64,000 bases of DNA from contig NC_092398.1 of NCBI RefSeq assembly GCF_030028105.1, positions 24,939,649-25,003,648 on the forward strand, given 5' to 3'. The position numbers and the translations under genes were made by a program. Under the pieces are notes generated by a model, which did not search any database, was not told the DNA's origin, and saw only the letters and a program-made list of their open reading frames with translations. This DNA is from Mobula birostris (Eukaryota). Of this stretch, positions 46,811-60,100 are shown one piece after another (position 1 is the first letter of the stretch; each line of letters opens with the position of its first letter).

Positions 46811-49800
46811 CGATGATATTACTGGGGCTCTGCATTTATGCACTGGACGATGAAGTTGTTCGGTCTTATGATGTTTATATTCTCTGTTTTCGTCAGTTAT
46901 TTCTCGTTATTGTGTGGCGTGTTTTGTTACTTCTTTGTGTGAGCGAAAGGAGTTTGGAGTTTGATGTTCTTGTTCTTGACAGTTTTTTTTGTGCGCGTGT
47001 AGGTTTTGATGTTTATCTTTGAATTATTTCCATGCATTTCTTTGTACTGTGGCTATCTGGAGAAGCCAAATCTCAGAGTTGCACACTGAGTACATAATTT
47101 AATAATAAATGAACCTTTGAACGATTTTTGATGCCTGACGGGGCGATTTGTGTATCTCAGAGAATGTTGAGCTCATGGGATTATCAGGCACGAGTCTCTA
47201 GAGCAGGGGTCCCCAATCTATTTTGCACTACGGAGCGGTTTAATATTGACAATAATCTTGCGGACCGGCCGACCGGGTCGGGGGTGGGTAGGGTTGCCAA
47301 CATACAAGAGCAGCAGTCAAATACGTTGTGTTCACCCGGAGAAAGATTTCAATAACCATGAAGCCTCGTGCGAGCACCAGTGCGCATGCATTTACGTGCA
47401 GATGTTTTTTTCCCTACAAATTCCTTTTGGCGATTCTGTTCGGGGCATTTGGGGTTTGTTAACCACGACCGGAATATCGGTAATAACTGCCTAAAACACT
47501 CAACTTTCTTTCTAAAAGGGTTTATCTAACGGACTTAATATTAAACACACTGCGCATATTTTCCTCACATGAATATAGTGATAAGTCATTTATCAGAGAA
47601 GGACAGGGGAGCGTGAAGTAAGTGTTGAACGAACTTCCAGTAGAAGTGGTAGAGGCAGGTACGATATTATCATTTAAAGAAAAACTGGAAGGGTGTATGG
47701 GTTGGAAAGGGATTGCGGGTTGTGGGCTGAGTGGAGATCGGTGGACTAGGTGAGAGTAGCGTTCAGAGCGGGCTAGACGGGCAGAAATGGCCTGTTTCCA
47801 TGCTGTAATTGTTATATGGTTATATAAGTCAACAGCATCATAACATTTTAAGTAACGTTTGGATATTAAACACACAGCACATATTTTTCCCGTATAAACA
47901 TATAAAATCATTGCAACACACCGATATCGCTGAATCAGTGGGAGCCTTGGACTTGATTCCTTGCAAGGAGACGGTCCTGTCGAGGGGTGATGGGAGACAG
48001 CGATACTCGAAGGGGTTTCCTTATGTCCAGTATATTCCGCAATTTAGTTTTCATTGCATTGATTGCAGAAAAGCCCGCCATCGCAGAGATACTTTGGAAA
48101 TGGAAGCAGTGTTTTCAGTGCTTTCGTGGCTACCTCAGGATATTTAGCCTTGGCTTTGATCCAGAATGCCGGCAGAGATGTTATGTCAAACATACTTTAT
48201 AGTCCGTCGTCATTTGCAAGCTCGGGGAGTTGATCTCCTTCCCGCCATGACATAGACGATGCACGGTTAATGACCTCGCGTGCGTAATGGCTCAACAGTG
48301 CGTGACAGGGAATGAGGAAAGGTTTCCTCGCGGCCCGCCGGCACATGCTTTGCGGCCAGGTATCGGTCCGCGGCCCGGTGGTTGGGGACCGCTGGCCAAA
48401 ATAAAATTCTAGCGAGTGGAGGGGAATCTGCACGTAAACGCATGTGCACTGGTGCCCGCGCAAGGCTTCATGGACATTGAAGTCTTTCTCGGGGTAAACT
48501 CAACGTATTTGAGTGCTATTCTTGTCCGTTGGCAACCCTACTCCCCACAACCACCCGCGCCCCACCCACTCCCCCGCCCCCCGCCGCCGTCGGCCGGTCC
48601 GCAAGAATATTGTCAATATTAAACCGGTCCACAGTGCAAAAAAAATGTTTGGGGACCCCTGCATTCATCCCTACTCTTTTTTTCCTCTCTGTCAACCAAT
48701 TTTCTATCCCTGTCAGTACCCTACCCCCAATAACATTTGCTCTAATTTTGCACACGAACCTCGAAGTGGCTTTCTGAAAGTCCAGGTACAGTACATCCAC
48801 TGGCTTTCCCATATCCATTTTTAAAGTTACATTCTCAAAAAAAATCCAGAAGATTAGTCAAGCATCATTTCCCTTTCGTAAATCCATGCTGACTCGGACC
48901 TATCCTGCCACTGCTATCCAAATATTCCACTTTTACATCTTTTATACTTAATTCCAGTATCTTCCCCACCACTGATGTCAGACTAACTGGTCTATAATTG
49001 CCTGTTTTCTCTCTCCCTCCTTTCTTAAAAAGTGGGATAACATTAGCTACCCTCCAATCCTTAGGGGATGATCCTGAATCTATAGAACATTGGAAAATAA
49101 TTACCAATGCGTCCAGTGTAAAATTAAGTTGCAATGTAAATTGAAAAGCGTGAATACAGGACTGAAGGTGTCATATCTGAAAGCATGCAGTACACTAGAA
49201 TAAGGTCGATGAAGTTGTAGCACAGTTAGAGATCGGCAGGTATGATGTTGTAAACATCACGGAATCATGGCTGAAAGAAGATCATACCTGGGAGATTAAT
49301 GTCCAACTGTACACATTGTATAGAAAGGACAGGCAGAAAGCCAGAGGAGCCAGTATTCTTCTGTTGGTAAAAAATGTAATTTAATCATTAGAAATGGTTG
49401 ACATAGGGTCGGCAGGTGTTGAATCATTGTGGATAGAGCTTAGAAACTGCAAGGGGTATAAAGAGCCTGATAGGAGTTTTATACAGAAACCCCCAAAAGG
49501 ATCAAACGGGGTATAGAAAATGCATTCCAAAAGGGTAACCTTACAATAGTCATGGGGGATTATAATACGTAGGTAGATTGGGTTGCTGAGGGATTCCAAG
49601 GGGGAAATTCCAGAATGCCTATGGGATGGTTTTTTCAGAGCTGCTCGTGGTTGAGCCACGAAAGGAGAATCTATGGATGTTGTGTACTTGGGTTTTCAGA
49701 AGGCCATTGACAAGGTGCCACACGTGAGGCTGCTTGGTAAGCTACGAGCTCATGGTATTACAGGAAAGATTCCAGCATGGATAAAGCAGTGGCTGACTGG

Positions 49801-52035
49801 CAGGAGGCAAAGACTAGGAATAAAGGGGGCTTTTCTGGTGGCTGCCGGTAACTACTGGTGTTCCACGGGGTCTGTGTTAGGACCGATTCTTCTTACATTA
49901 TATGTTAATGATTTGGATGATGGATTTAATAGCTTTGTTGCAACATTGCAGACGATACGCAGATAGGTGGAGGGGCAGATAGTTTTGCAGAAATATAGAG
50001 GCTACAGAAGTACTTAGACATATTAGGAGAATGGACAAAGAGGTGTCAGGTGGAATACAGTGTCGGGAAGTGTTTGGTCATATACTTCGATAGAAGAAGT
50101 GAAAGGGTTGACTCTTTTCCAAGTGCAGAGAAAATACAAAATCTGAGGCACAAAGGGACTTCGGAGTCCTTGTGCAGGATTCTCTGAAGCTCAATTTGCA
50201 GGTTGAGACTGTGGTGAGGAAGTCAAATGCAATATTAGAATTAATTTCAAGAGGACTAGAATATAAAAGCAAGGATGTAATATTGAGACTTTATAAGGCA
50301 CTGGTAAGGCTTCACTTTGCGGTGAATCGGTGGATTTCGTTGCCACAGGCGGCTGCGGAGGCCAAGTCTTTATATATATTTAAGGCAAAGGTTGAAAGTT
50401 TCTTGATTGGTCAGGGCATGAAGGGATACGGGGAGAAGGTAGGAGATTGGGACTGAGAGGATAAACACATCAGTCATGATAAAATGCCAGGGCAGACTCA
50501 ACGGGTCAAATGGCCTAATTGTGCTCCTATATTTAGTGGTTTTGTCGTCAATGATTTGCAGAGTGTTGATGCACTCGAACTGTACCATCGGCTTCAGAGG
50601 ACGATGGAGTCAGGCGTTTATCGATGGCCTATGCCCAAGTGAGTATGTAAGGTGAGTGAGTAAGGGTGTCAAAGGTGACAGGGAGAAAGTAGGAAAATCG
50701 ATTTGATGGGGGCATTAAATCAACCATGATGGGGTGATGGAGCAGGCTCGATGGACTGAATGGCCTAAACCTGCTCCTCGGTCTTATTCTCACTGAGCAA
50801 AAACAGCCTCGTCCCTTCCTTCAGTTTTTTTGGAACCCAACCTTGTTATTCTATTTTTTTCACTTCTGAGTTGTTTTGAACATTTATACTAATCTTTTTA
50901 TGTCTTTGCTCCGACCTTCACGTCACAGAAGTCAGTGATGATAAATCTGATTTGAGAATAGTGCAGAGACGGTTTCCCAGTTTAACCCACATTGATGAAT
51001 CTCTGTAAGCCTCTCAGCCACTTGCCCTTTGACGTGCAGCAGTACAAGATTCCAGTCACCACCATTGCGCACAGCCCAAGTATCCCCAGGACAGCTCCAA
51101 CAATCATCAAAGCTTCATTCTCAACCAGTGCGTTGTGTTCTGAGGAGAAAACGTTGGAGGTTCTGTCGTTGTGTTAAGTCATGTTTCATATCATATCATT
51201 AAGTTCAAGATTAATTTATTATCAGAGTACTTACGTATATGTCAACCTATGCAACTCTGAGGTTCATTTTCCTGTTGGCATACTGGGCAAGTCTATAGAG
51301 TAGTAACTAGAACGGGATCAATGAACGATCAACTTGACTGCAGAAGACAACAAACTGTGCCACTGTGCTGTGCAATAAATAAATAGCATCAAATAACCAG
51401 AAACTGCGATAAAGAGTCCTTAAAGAGAGATCATTGGTTGTAGGAGCATCTTAATGGATGGACAAGTGAGTGTAATCAAGAGCCCGATGGCTGAGGGGTC
51501 GTAACTGATTCTGAAATTGGTGGTGTGAGTCCCGAGGCTCCTGTACCTTCCACTTGATGGCGGCAGCGAGAGAAGTGTATGGCCTGGGTGGTGGGGATCT
51601 CTGACAAAGAATACTGCTTTCTTACAATGTTGTTTCATGTAGATGTGATCAATGGTTGGGAGGGCTTCACCCGTGATGTACTGTACCAAATCCACTATCT
51701 TTTGTAGGATTTTCCACTCAAAGGCATTGGTGTTTCCATACCAGTCTGTAATGCAGCCAGTCAATTCACATCTAGAAAAGTTTGTCAAAGTTTCAGTGTC
51801 AGGTCAAATCTCCAGTGACTTCTAAGGAAGTAGGGACAAGTCTACTTCCTTAAGAGGTGACTTGTTGTGAGCATCTCCCATGCGAATCATCAAATATTCC
51901 CATTGTTCAGGACTACAACAGCTGAAATGCGTGGTCACGGCTATGGATACTTCAGTAAATAACACATTTCACAATGTATCCCAAAGATACTAAACCTGAT
52001 TCTGTTTTGTAAAGGCATGTTCAATGTACGAGGAG

Positions 52036-55000
52036 CAGGGGCAGCGCTAAGGTGGTGCTCGCTGGGGCTATAGCATCAGCAGAAATTGCAGTAGCTCCAC
52101 CATAGCACCACCAAGAAATTAACTGCAGCTGCTTTGCTTTCTCTGTATAGTTTTTAAAACAGCTTGTTTCCCCAGTTGATCTAATGAAACAGCACCCCCA
52201 ATTACCGTAGCAACCACGCAGCAATATAGTTATAAACTCTCTCAGATCCACTCTACACTTCTGCTTATTCGTTCGTTGTCAATGTCTTGCAGTTGCGTTC
52301 CTCAGTTCAGTTAAGCTGATCTAAGGTCACTTAAGGTGGTGACGTCACTCACTCTCCCTCACGCGAGAGATTGATAGTATACATCCAGGCGCAGATCCGT
52401 GGTCTCGCGAGACTAACAGATGCCACACGCGCACACTGTGCTTTTACAAGCGAGCGTGGGCCTGGCACGTGCATTATTTTGGCCGGCGTGAAAAATTGAT
52501 CGACTTTTAATCAGAAAACGACCTCATCCAGAGGAATCAGTGGTGTCTCTGCCTGAGCATGTCTCAATTGAAAGTGACATGCAGAAAGAAGTAAGTGGGG
52601 ATGAGGACGACAGCAGTACATCGAAGGAGTGTGAGGGCGAAGTAGAGGAACAGGAAATGGAGCGGGATTCGGAAGAGAACGTGGATGAAGCTGCTCTTAG
52701 TGCGAGTGGAAATACTGTTAGCGGTGATAGCCAGCAGCCTGAGGAAGGACCCCGTCGGCCAGCATTGAAAAAGTACCCTTCGCACAGTTTGGCAATCACA
52801 AAGGAGTATTCGTAGCTGGTTTGACCTGTACTCCTTGCTGGAAAATTCAATCACAAAAGATGTTACATTCTGCTTCGCCTGCAGACATTTCCTGTGTGGA
52901 GGACCTGGGTTTTATTCTGAGTCTACCTTCTCTGTCACAGATTACCGCAACTGGAGGAAAGCTACAACAGTTTTCAAAACCCACCACCTAAGTGCAGCTC
53001 ATAAGTTGGTTATGGAGGCATGGGGCGAATTCAGATTGAGAAAACAAGACGGTTCAAGATTGGGAAATATGCTTGATAAAAGACATGCAAATATTGTCCA
53101 AGGAAGTCGTGAGTATATGTGAGCAGTGGTTGAGTCTCTACGCTGTACTGCGTGCCAAGGCATTGCCCAGCGAGGATACCTGGAGAAGGATAGATCTGGC
53201 AATACGGGAAACTTTGTTGAGTTGTTCAGTGTAATTGGGAAGTTTGATAAGACTGTAGCTAAAAAGAACAATAGAGGACAATCCTGGAAATGCAAAAAAC
53301 ACAAATCACCATATCCAAAATGAAATTAGGAGTATTATGGCAGATATGGTCGGACGTCAAATAAGTGCAGAAATCAAGGAGGCGGGATATTTTGCCAGCA
53401 TGCTGGATGAAAGTAATGACTTGAGTATAAAGGAGCAAATATCAGTGGTGCTGCGGTATTTGAATAAAGAAACAGTGCTTGAAGAATTCTTGCACTTCTC
53501 TCCAGCAGAAGGGTTGGACGCAGAGTCGCTTCTTAAAAGCATTGAACAGACGCTCGCCTAGTGCGTTATTGATAAGAACGCGTGTATAGGTCAGTGTTAT
53601 GACGGGGCGGCAGTGATGTCCGGGTGCAATAACGGGGTGCAAGAGAGGCATTATATATACACTGCCATGCTCACAGACTTAACCTTGGTTTAGTGGATGT
53701 TGTAAGCAATGTACCAGAAGCGGGTGAGTTTTTTGAAACTGTGCAACTGCTTTGCAACTTCTTTTCAAACTCTGTTCCCCACGATCTTTTCATGAAGAAA
53801 CAGAGAGAATTTGAATCAACTGCACAGCCCGTGTAGTTGAAGAAATTGCCAGATACACACTGGGCATGGCGGTATACAGCTTTGTGGGCTATAAGGAAAT
53901 CACTCTCCGCCATTCTAGCTACACTACAGGATATTATGGTTCACCAAATGCACCGAAGAAAACGGAGGCCAGAGCTTTAAATGGACTGATTGACGCGCAG
54001 TTTGCTTTACTTCTCTCTCTGTTTGAGGATTTACTCCGAGTCACTAAGTTCATGTCAGACCAACTACAATCTCCCAGTTTGGAGCTTTCATCCTCTGTGG
54101 ACTTGGCTCAGTCTGTTATCGATGCACTCTCAGCAAAACGGGGAGAGGAATCATGAAGTGAAATTCAGACAAGAGCTAGGGACCTGTGCGTCAAGGTCGG
54201 TATACAGAGCAGAGCACATGAAAGGAGACGGGCCCAGCCACCCCGCCGCCTACATCATTTTGTTGTTGAGGCCCAAACTGAACGCACACGTGTCACATCC
54301 CATGATGACCTTCGCAGCCACAGTTTCTATCCAGTTATAGACAGACTTCTGACTGAAATGGAAAGACGGTTCTCAATTGAGACTGGGGGTGTTCTGACTG
54401 GACTCTTGGCATTGACTCCTAAACACAAGTTCTTCCTAGACAAGAATTGTCTTTGGCCAATGCCCCAATACTATGGAGTGACTGAAGTGAACCTGACTGC
54501 AGAGCTACATCAGGTTCGACGTCTGCTGGAAACAAAACAAAAGGAAGGACAGACAATGAATGACACAGTGGAATTTCTAGCTCTAATGAGACCCGACGGC
54601 GATGCATTTATAGATTTATACAAACTAATCTGCATATCACTGACTCTGCCTGTTACATCTGCCTCATGCGAACGGAGTTTACTTTGCGTCAGACGCGTCG
54701 AAAACTACTTAAGGAGCAGCAGCGGCGATGCTCGGAACAGCAACTTGGCTCTGTTGGCAATAAACAGCCGGAGGACCAAAGCACTTGACATCCAGAAAAT
54801 CATTGATGCTTTCGCCACCAATCACAACAACAGACGGATTTTGCTTGTCTGAAAATATTAATGGTGAGTGCAGTTGATTTTTTCAAAATTTGGGCCAAGA
54901 CTAATGCTGATTATTATTATTATTTTGTGGTGGATACCCCAAAGTCCTTATCTTTCCTGCAGATCCTAAAATATTACATTCACTACTATTAAGCCTACTT

Positions 55001-55572
55001 GTTTTTCCTAGACTTCCAAACGGTGATTCTGTTGATTTGTGTTTTAAATGCAGTAGCCGAGCTAATTGAGGTATTGCATGGTCAGAGTACGATTTGTCCA
55101 ACGCCTAGTAAAGCCTTGCATCTGTTGTTTGCCTTATTTAACTTTAATAACGGTGTATCGTTTGGCATTGCTGTCTATGTAATGCGATTAGCAGTGGGTT
55201 CGTTTTGTCTTTTTCAGTTGAAAATCACGCATTAGACGCTGATTGCGGGATTGGTGCGTGATTCACGTTGTCCGCTGTTGCTCGGATACTGTTTGTTTTC
55301 TTTCGTTGTTTATGCTCCGTGTAGCCCAGGTTGTCCTCGATGCCATGTGACACTGGAACAGTTCACTTCTATATTAGATCTATCAATTGCTTTTGCTTGT
55401 GAATCAATAGAGGCATTTACAGTAGGCACATAATGCTTGAAACTGACTTTTTAACGCCACGCGTCTGGCCTTGCGAATACATATTACCATACAGTGCATC
55501 CCTCAGCACCTTTACTGAATCATTCAGCCCCTACGCAGCACCAGCAAGAAAAATTCTCTTGCGCCGTCACTG
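52036..55572 (+). mobile_element. Full-length decayed hAT transposon, unit B copy
   Basis: Same TIRs, TSD and length; about 1% substitutions relative to the A copy. Confidence 0.93.
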
Positions 55573-55693
55573 ACGAGGAGCATTTGATGGGTCTGGGCCT
55601 GTACTCACTGTAGTTTTGAAGAATGAACGGAGATCCTATGAAATATTAGAAGTCCTAGATAGAGTGGATAAGGAGAGGATGTTTCCTATACCT

Positions 55694-56835
55694 GGGCCTT
55701 AGCACTCAGATCTGCAGCTGGATTTTCAACTTCCTCACAGACAGAACCCAGGCTGTAAAAATAGAGGACAAGCTCTCCTCTACAACCACTCTGAGCACCG
55801 GTGCCCCACAAGGCTGTGTACTCAGCACCCTGCTGTACTCACTCTACACCCATGATTGCGTAGCCAAGTTTCCATCAAACTCAATAGATAAGTTTGCTGA
55901 TGACACAACAATTGTAGGCCGTATCTCGGGTAATGATGAGCTTGAATGCAGAGAGGAAATTAACAACCTGGTGGCATGGTGCGAAGGCAATAACCTATCC
56001 CTCTACGTCAGTAAGACGAAAGAATTGGTTGTTGAATTCGGAAGGAGTAGCGGACCGCCCGACCCAATTTCCATCCATGGTGCGAAAGTGGAACAGGTCA
56101 AAAACTTTAAGCTCCTCGGGGTCAATATCACAAATAACCTGACTTGGTCCAACCAAGCAGAGTTCACTGCCAAGAAGGCCCACCAGCGCCTGTACTTCCT
56201 GAGAAAACTAAAGAAATTTGACCTGTCTCCTAAAACCCTCACTAATTTTTATAGATGCACCGTAGAAAGCATTCTTCTCGGGTACATCAGAACCCGGTAG
56301 GGAAGTTGTCCTCTCCAAGACCGAAAGAAGCTGCAGGAGATCGTGAACACGCCGCAGCGCATCACTCAAACCAATCTTTCATCCTTGGACTCACTTCACA
56401 CCGCACGCTGTCTGAGCAGTGCTGCCAGGGTAACAAAGGACACGACCCACCCAGCCAACATACACTTTTCGTCCTTCTTCCTTCCGGGAGAAGGCTCAGG
56501 AGCTTGAAGACTCGTACGCCCAGATTTGCGAACAGCTTCTTTCCAACTGTGATAAGACTGCTGAACAGATCCTGACCCGGATCTGGGCCGTACCCTCCAA
56601 ATATCCGGACCTGCTTCTCGGTTTTTTTTTGCACAACCTTACTTGCCATTTTTCTATTTTCTATTTACGATTTATAATTTAAATTTTTAATATTTACTCA
56701 TTTTAACTAGATTTACTATTTTAAATATTGAATATTTTTGATCCAGGGAGTGTGAAGCGCAGAATCAAATATCGCTGTGATGATTTTACGTTCTAGTATC
56801 AATTGTTTGGAGACAATAAAGTATAAAGTATAAGT
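55694..56835 (+). mobile_element. Rex1/Babar-type element, unit B copy
   Basis: Homologous to 28660-29800, offset 27034-27035. Confidence 0.9.
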
Positions 56836-57117
56836 ATAAGCAGAAGTGTAAGTATAGGAGGGGAGTCCAGGACAAGAGAGCACTGCCTTGTCATAGAAAG
56901 ATGTCCATTTAAAACAGAGATGAGGAGGAATTTCTTTAGCCGGAGGGTGGTGAATGTGCAGAATTTGTTGAGTTCTGTTCATTTGGGCTATGTAATTATT
57001 TAAGACGCATGCGTACTCTCCCAGTTATACGCGTGCACGCGGAAGGAGGAAGAGGGACCGTGGGATGTAAAGGTGGCGGCCTTGGGTATTGAACGGAGGC
57101 ATACAAAGTAAAGTGGT

Positions 57118-60100
57118 TTAAACACAAGGAAAATGTGTCTTTGCTGTTTCGCCGTTATCAGTGGTAGGTGAGGACGGTTACGATCTATCGACCTCTGGGA
57201 TATGGGCCCTGCGCACTACTGAGCATGTTTGAAGCAGAGGTCGATAGGTTTCTGATTGGAAAGAACATCAAAGGTTAAGGGGAGAAGTCAGGAGACTGGG
57301 GTTAAGAGAGACAATGAATCTGTCACGATTGAATCCCAGAGTAGACTTGATGAGCCAAATGGCCCAATTCTGCTCCTAGGGCTTATGGTTTTATGGTATA
57401 TAAGCTGTCTGACTTGATTCTCACAATTGACAGCAGAGAGGATGAGAGAGGTCTTGAGCAGTTGGGACTTGCTTCTGGACAGAAACGGGCCACGATGGAT
57501 TCTGTGTCAAATTGACATCAGTGAGAATACGGTGGTGTTGACGGGGTCAGGCGACATTTCTCCAACTTGCCCGTTCTTACCTAGAGGTATCATGAGCTTC
57601 CCACTGACAGCGTCGTGTTCCATCTGACAGACGTACCCCTGGCTGTCTCCATCTAGGGGGCGGACACTCCTAACTTGAAATGTTCCATTGCTTTGAGGGA
57701 CAACGTTGGTCGTGTCTGATCCATTGTCAGTGACTTCCCCGTTTCTGACACAGTGAACTTTAATGTCCCGGGGAAGAAGTTCTTGGCCGTGCACACCGGA
57801 TATATTTAGCCCCGTTTCTTCTGAGTCAAGGCTCTGGTACGGGTAGGAGCTGTGAAGGAATTGGAGAACAGTGTATGGGTTCAAAGTAGCTCAGCTCTCT
57901 TGTGACTGGACGGTATGGACAGAACTTCACCCTGTGTCTGACCCCGCGAGTATGTGATAGCACAGTGTACAGGGGGCTTCACTCTGCATCTAATAGCTAG
58001 TGGGAGCTTGTCCACATTACCACACTCGGCTTTAAGAAAGCCCGCTGTTTAGCCAGGGCATCAAACGGTATGGGGAGAAGGCAGGGAAGTGGGGATGACT
58101 GGTAGAATTGCATCAGCCTATGATAGAATAGCAGAGCGGACTTGATGGGCCGAATGGCCTGCTTCTGTTCCTATACCTTATGGTCTTATGGTCACGGGGA
58201 GAACATTTGAAGTCAGACATCAAACATACAGACATCAGTGTAAATCGAACCCCGATCAATAATCACAGGCACGATAGAGCAATTGTGCTATCTGCTACGA
58301 TAACGTGCAGTCCCTGATTGTGTTAATTAGACAGTTTAGATTAACCTTTGTTTGTAATGTACACTTCTGCTGCTGAAAAAATTGATTTTGATGGTATTTA
58401 TACTGATTGAGGCCCTCTGTTAGTCCAGGTTGACCACGGTGTCCTAGCTGTCTGCAAGATACGCAGCATGGTACACAACTCAGAGCCGTTGCCGACACAA
58501 CAGGCTCCCCCCCTCTCCATGCTGCTGATAAAGCCAAAGGAATGCCAGAGACTGATACAGTTTCAGCGAAGGTTTGAGATCAGACTTTTCCTTCTCTTCG
58601 ATGGGATGCTGACCACAGCTGATGAGCCCCATCTGCCTGAAGCGATTGATTTTAAGGGACCAATAATCCACCTTTGCCCTTTCCCCTGTTATTAGAAATG
58701 GTTCTGCTGGGCTTAATAGCTAAGCCACATGTGAAGTTCCAGGAGCTAGACTTCGATGTCAGAGGCTACTTGAGCTGTGCACCATTGGGAGCTCATTCCA
58801 ACTACCTTCCCAGGCTTTAACGACCTTAAGGAATTTGTATTTATAAGCTGTGCATCTGTTCCCATGATAATAAACTTGAACAAGAGAGAATGAACAGCAG
58901 AGGGGGCTATAGGGCAATGCTTACTCCAGACATCTGTCAGGAATGGCAGATGAAGTTCAATTCAGATAAATGCAAGGTGTTATATTTTCATGGATCAAAC
59001 CAAGGCAGGGCATACACAGTGAACAGGCAAGTCCTGGTGAGTGTTGCAGACACTGTTCTCTCTCACCTGTATGTGTCTGCGACCATGCAGTAACTGTAAT
59101 GCTCCCGCGCACATAGCCGTTGCTACTGCGCAGCTGAAATTCTCTTTTATATAATGTTAGTATAATTTTGAAATGATGCCAATATAATTTTGGAATCTAT
59201 GTTAACATAATTCAGAAATACCCTGCAATTAATTATGTTAATGAATATAGTTTATTAATTTTCTAAATAGTAAACATACCACACACTTTGAAACATTTTA
59301 GAGTTTCAATGCATTTACATTGTCAATGTTACAAGTTACAACACTGTTACAAATTGTAACAATGAACACAGACTGGAAGGCGGCAGCTCATTGTTAATAA
59401 ACTGCCGGCCTGCTGAATGTTGATGCTGTCATATTCATGTTAAAAAAAAAGATTTAAAGTGCCAGGTAGTTTTCAGAGCAGTGGTTAGTCCACACAGTGG
59501 TAAAAATAATTGGAGGGAAGGTCGGTTGTAGAACAGAGAGACCAGGGTGTGTTGGTACATAAAACCATAAAGTGACGACACGGACAGGGAGGTAAAGAAG
59601 GTGTTTGTACACGTGCCGTCATCAGAAGAGCACTGAATACAGGAGTTGGGATGTCACGTTGTAACTGTACAAAGACTTCAAAGACAAAGTAACAAAGTAC
59701 GCATCCTGTTGTGGGCTGGATTGATCAGACCGAAACTAATCGAGTGTCCGGCAAATGTAATAAGTAAACAGATCCGACAAAGAAACTTAAGCCCAATTTA
59801 TTATCACAAAAATAGAAAGGCACGCAAAATACTCCGTACCAAGTCACAAAGATTCCAGTGCTCACAATTCTTAGTGACCAGTTGATTGTTGTTGGGAGAA
59901 CTGCGAACTCCAACTCGCTCGTGAAATCATCCTGGGTCGTAGGCATCGAACGCGGTTTCCAGTCTAAAGAATCCAGGGAAAATTGTTCCAGTAAACAGGA
60001 GATCCACAAACGTAGAGAGAGACACACAGAGACAGACAGATGCCTTGATCTTTTGCCCTCCTGCCATTAACCCAGCCTGGTTTCCTTCATTCATTAACGC

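Larger units (their letters stand above)
30083..57117. repeat. Tandem segmental duplication, unit B (27035 bp)
   Basis: Collinear with unit A except for indels (A869-3529 and A9044-9396 are absent). 41.3-57.1 kb is near-identical to 14.3-30.1 kb. Confidence 0.97.
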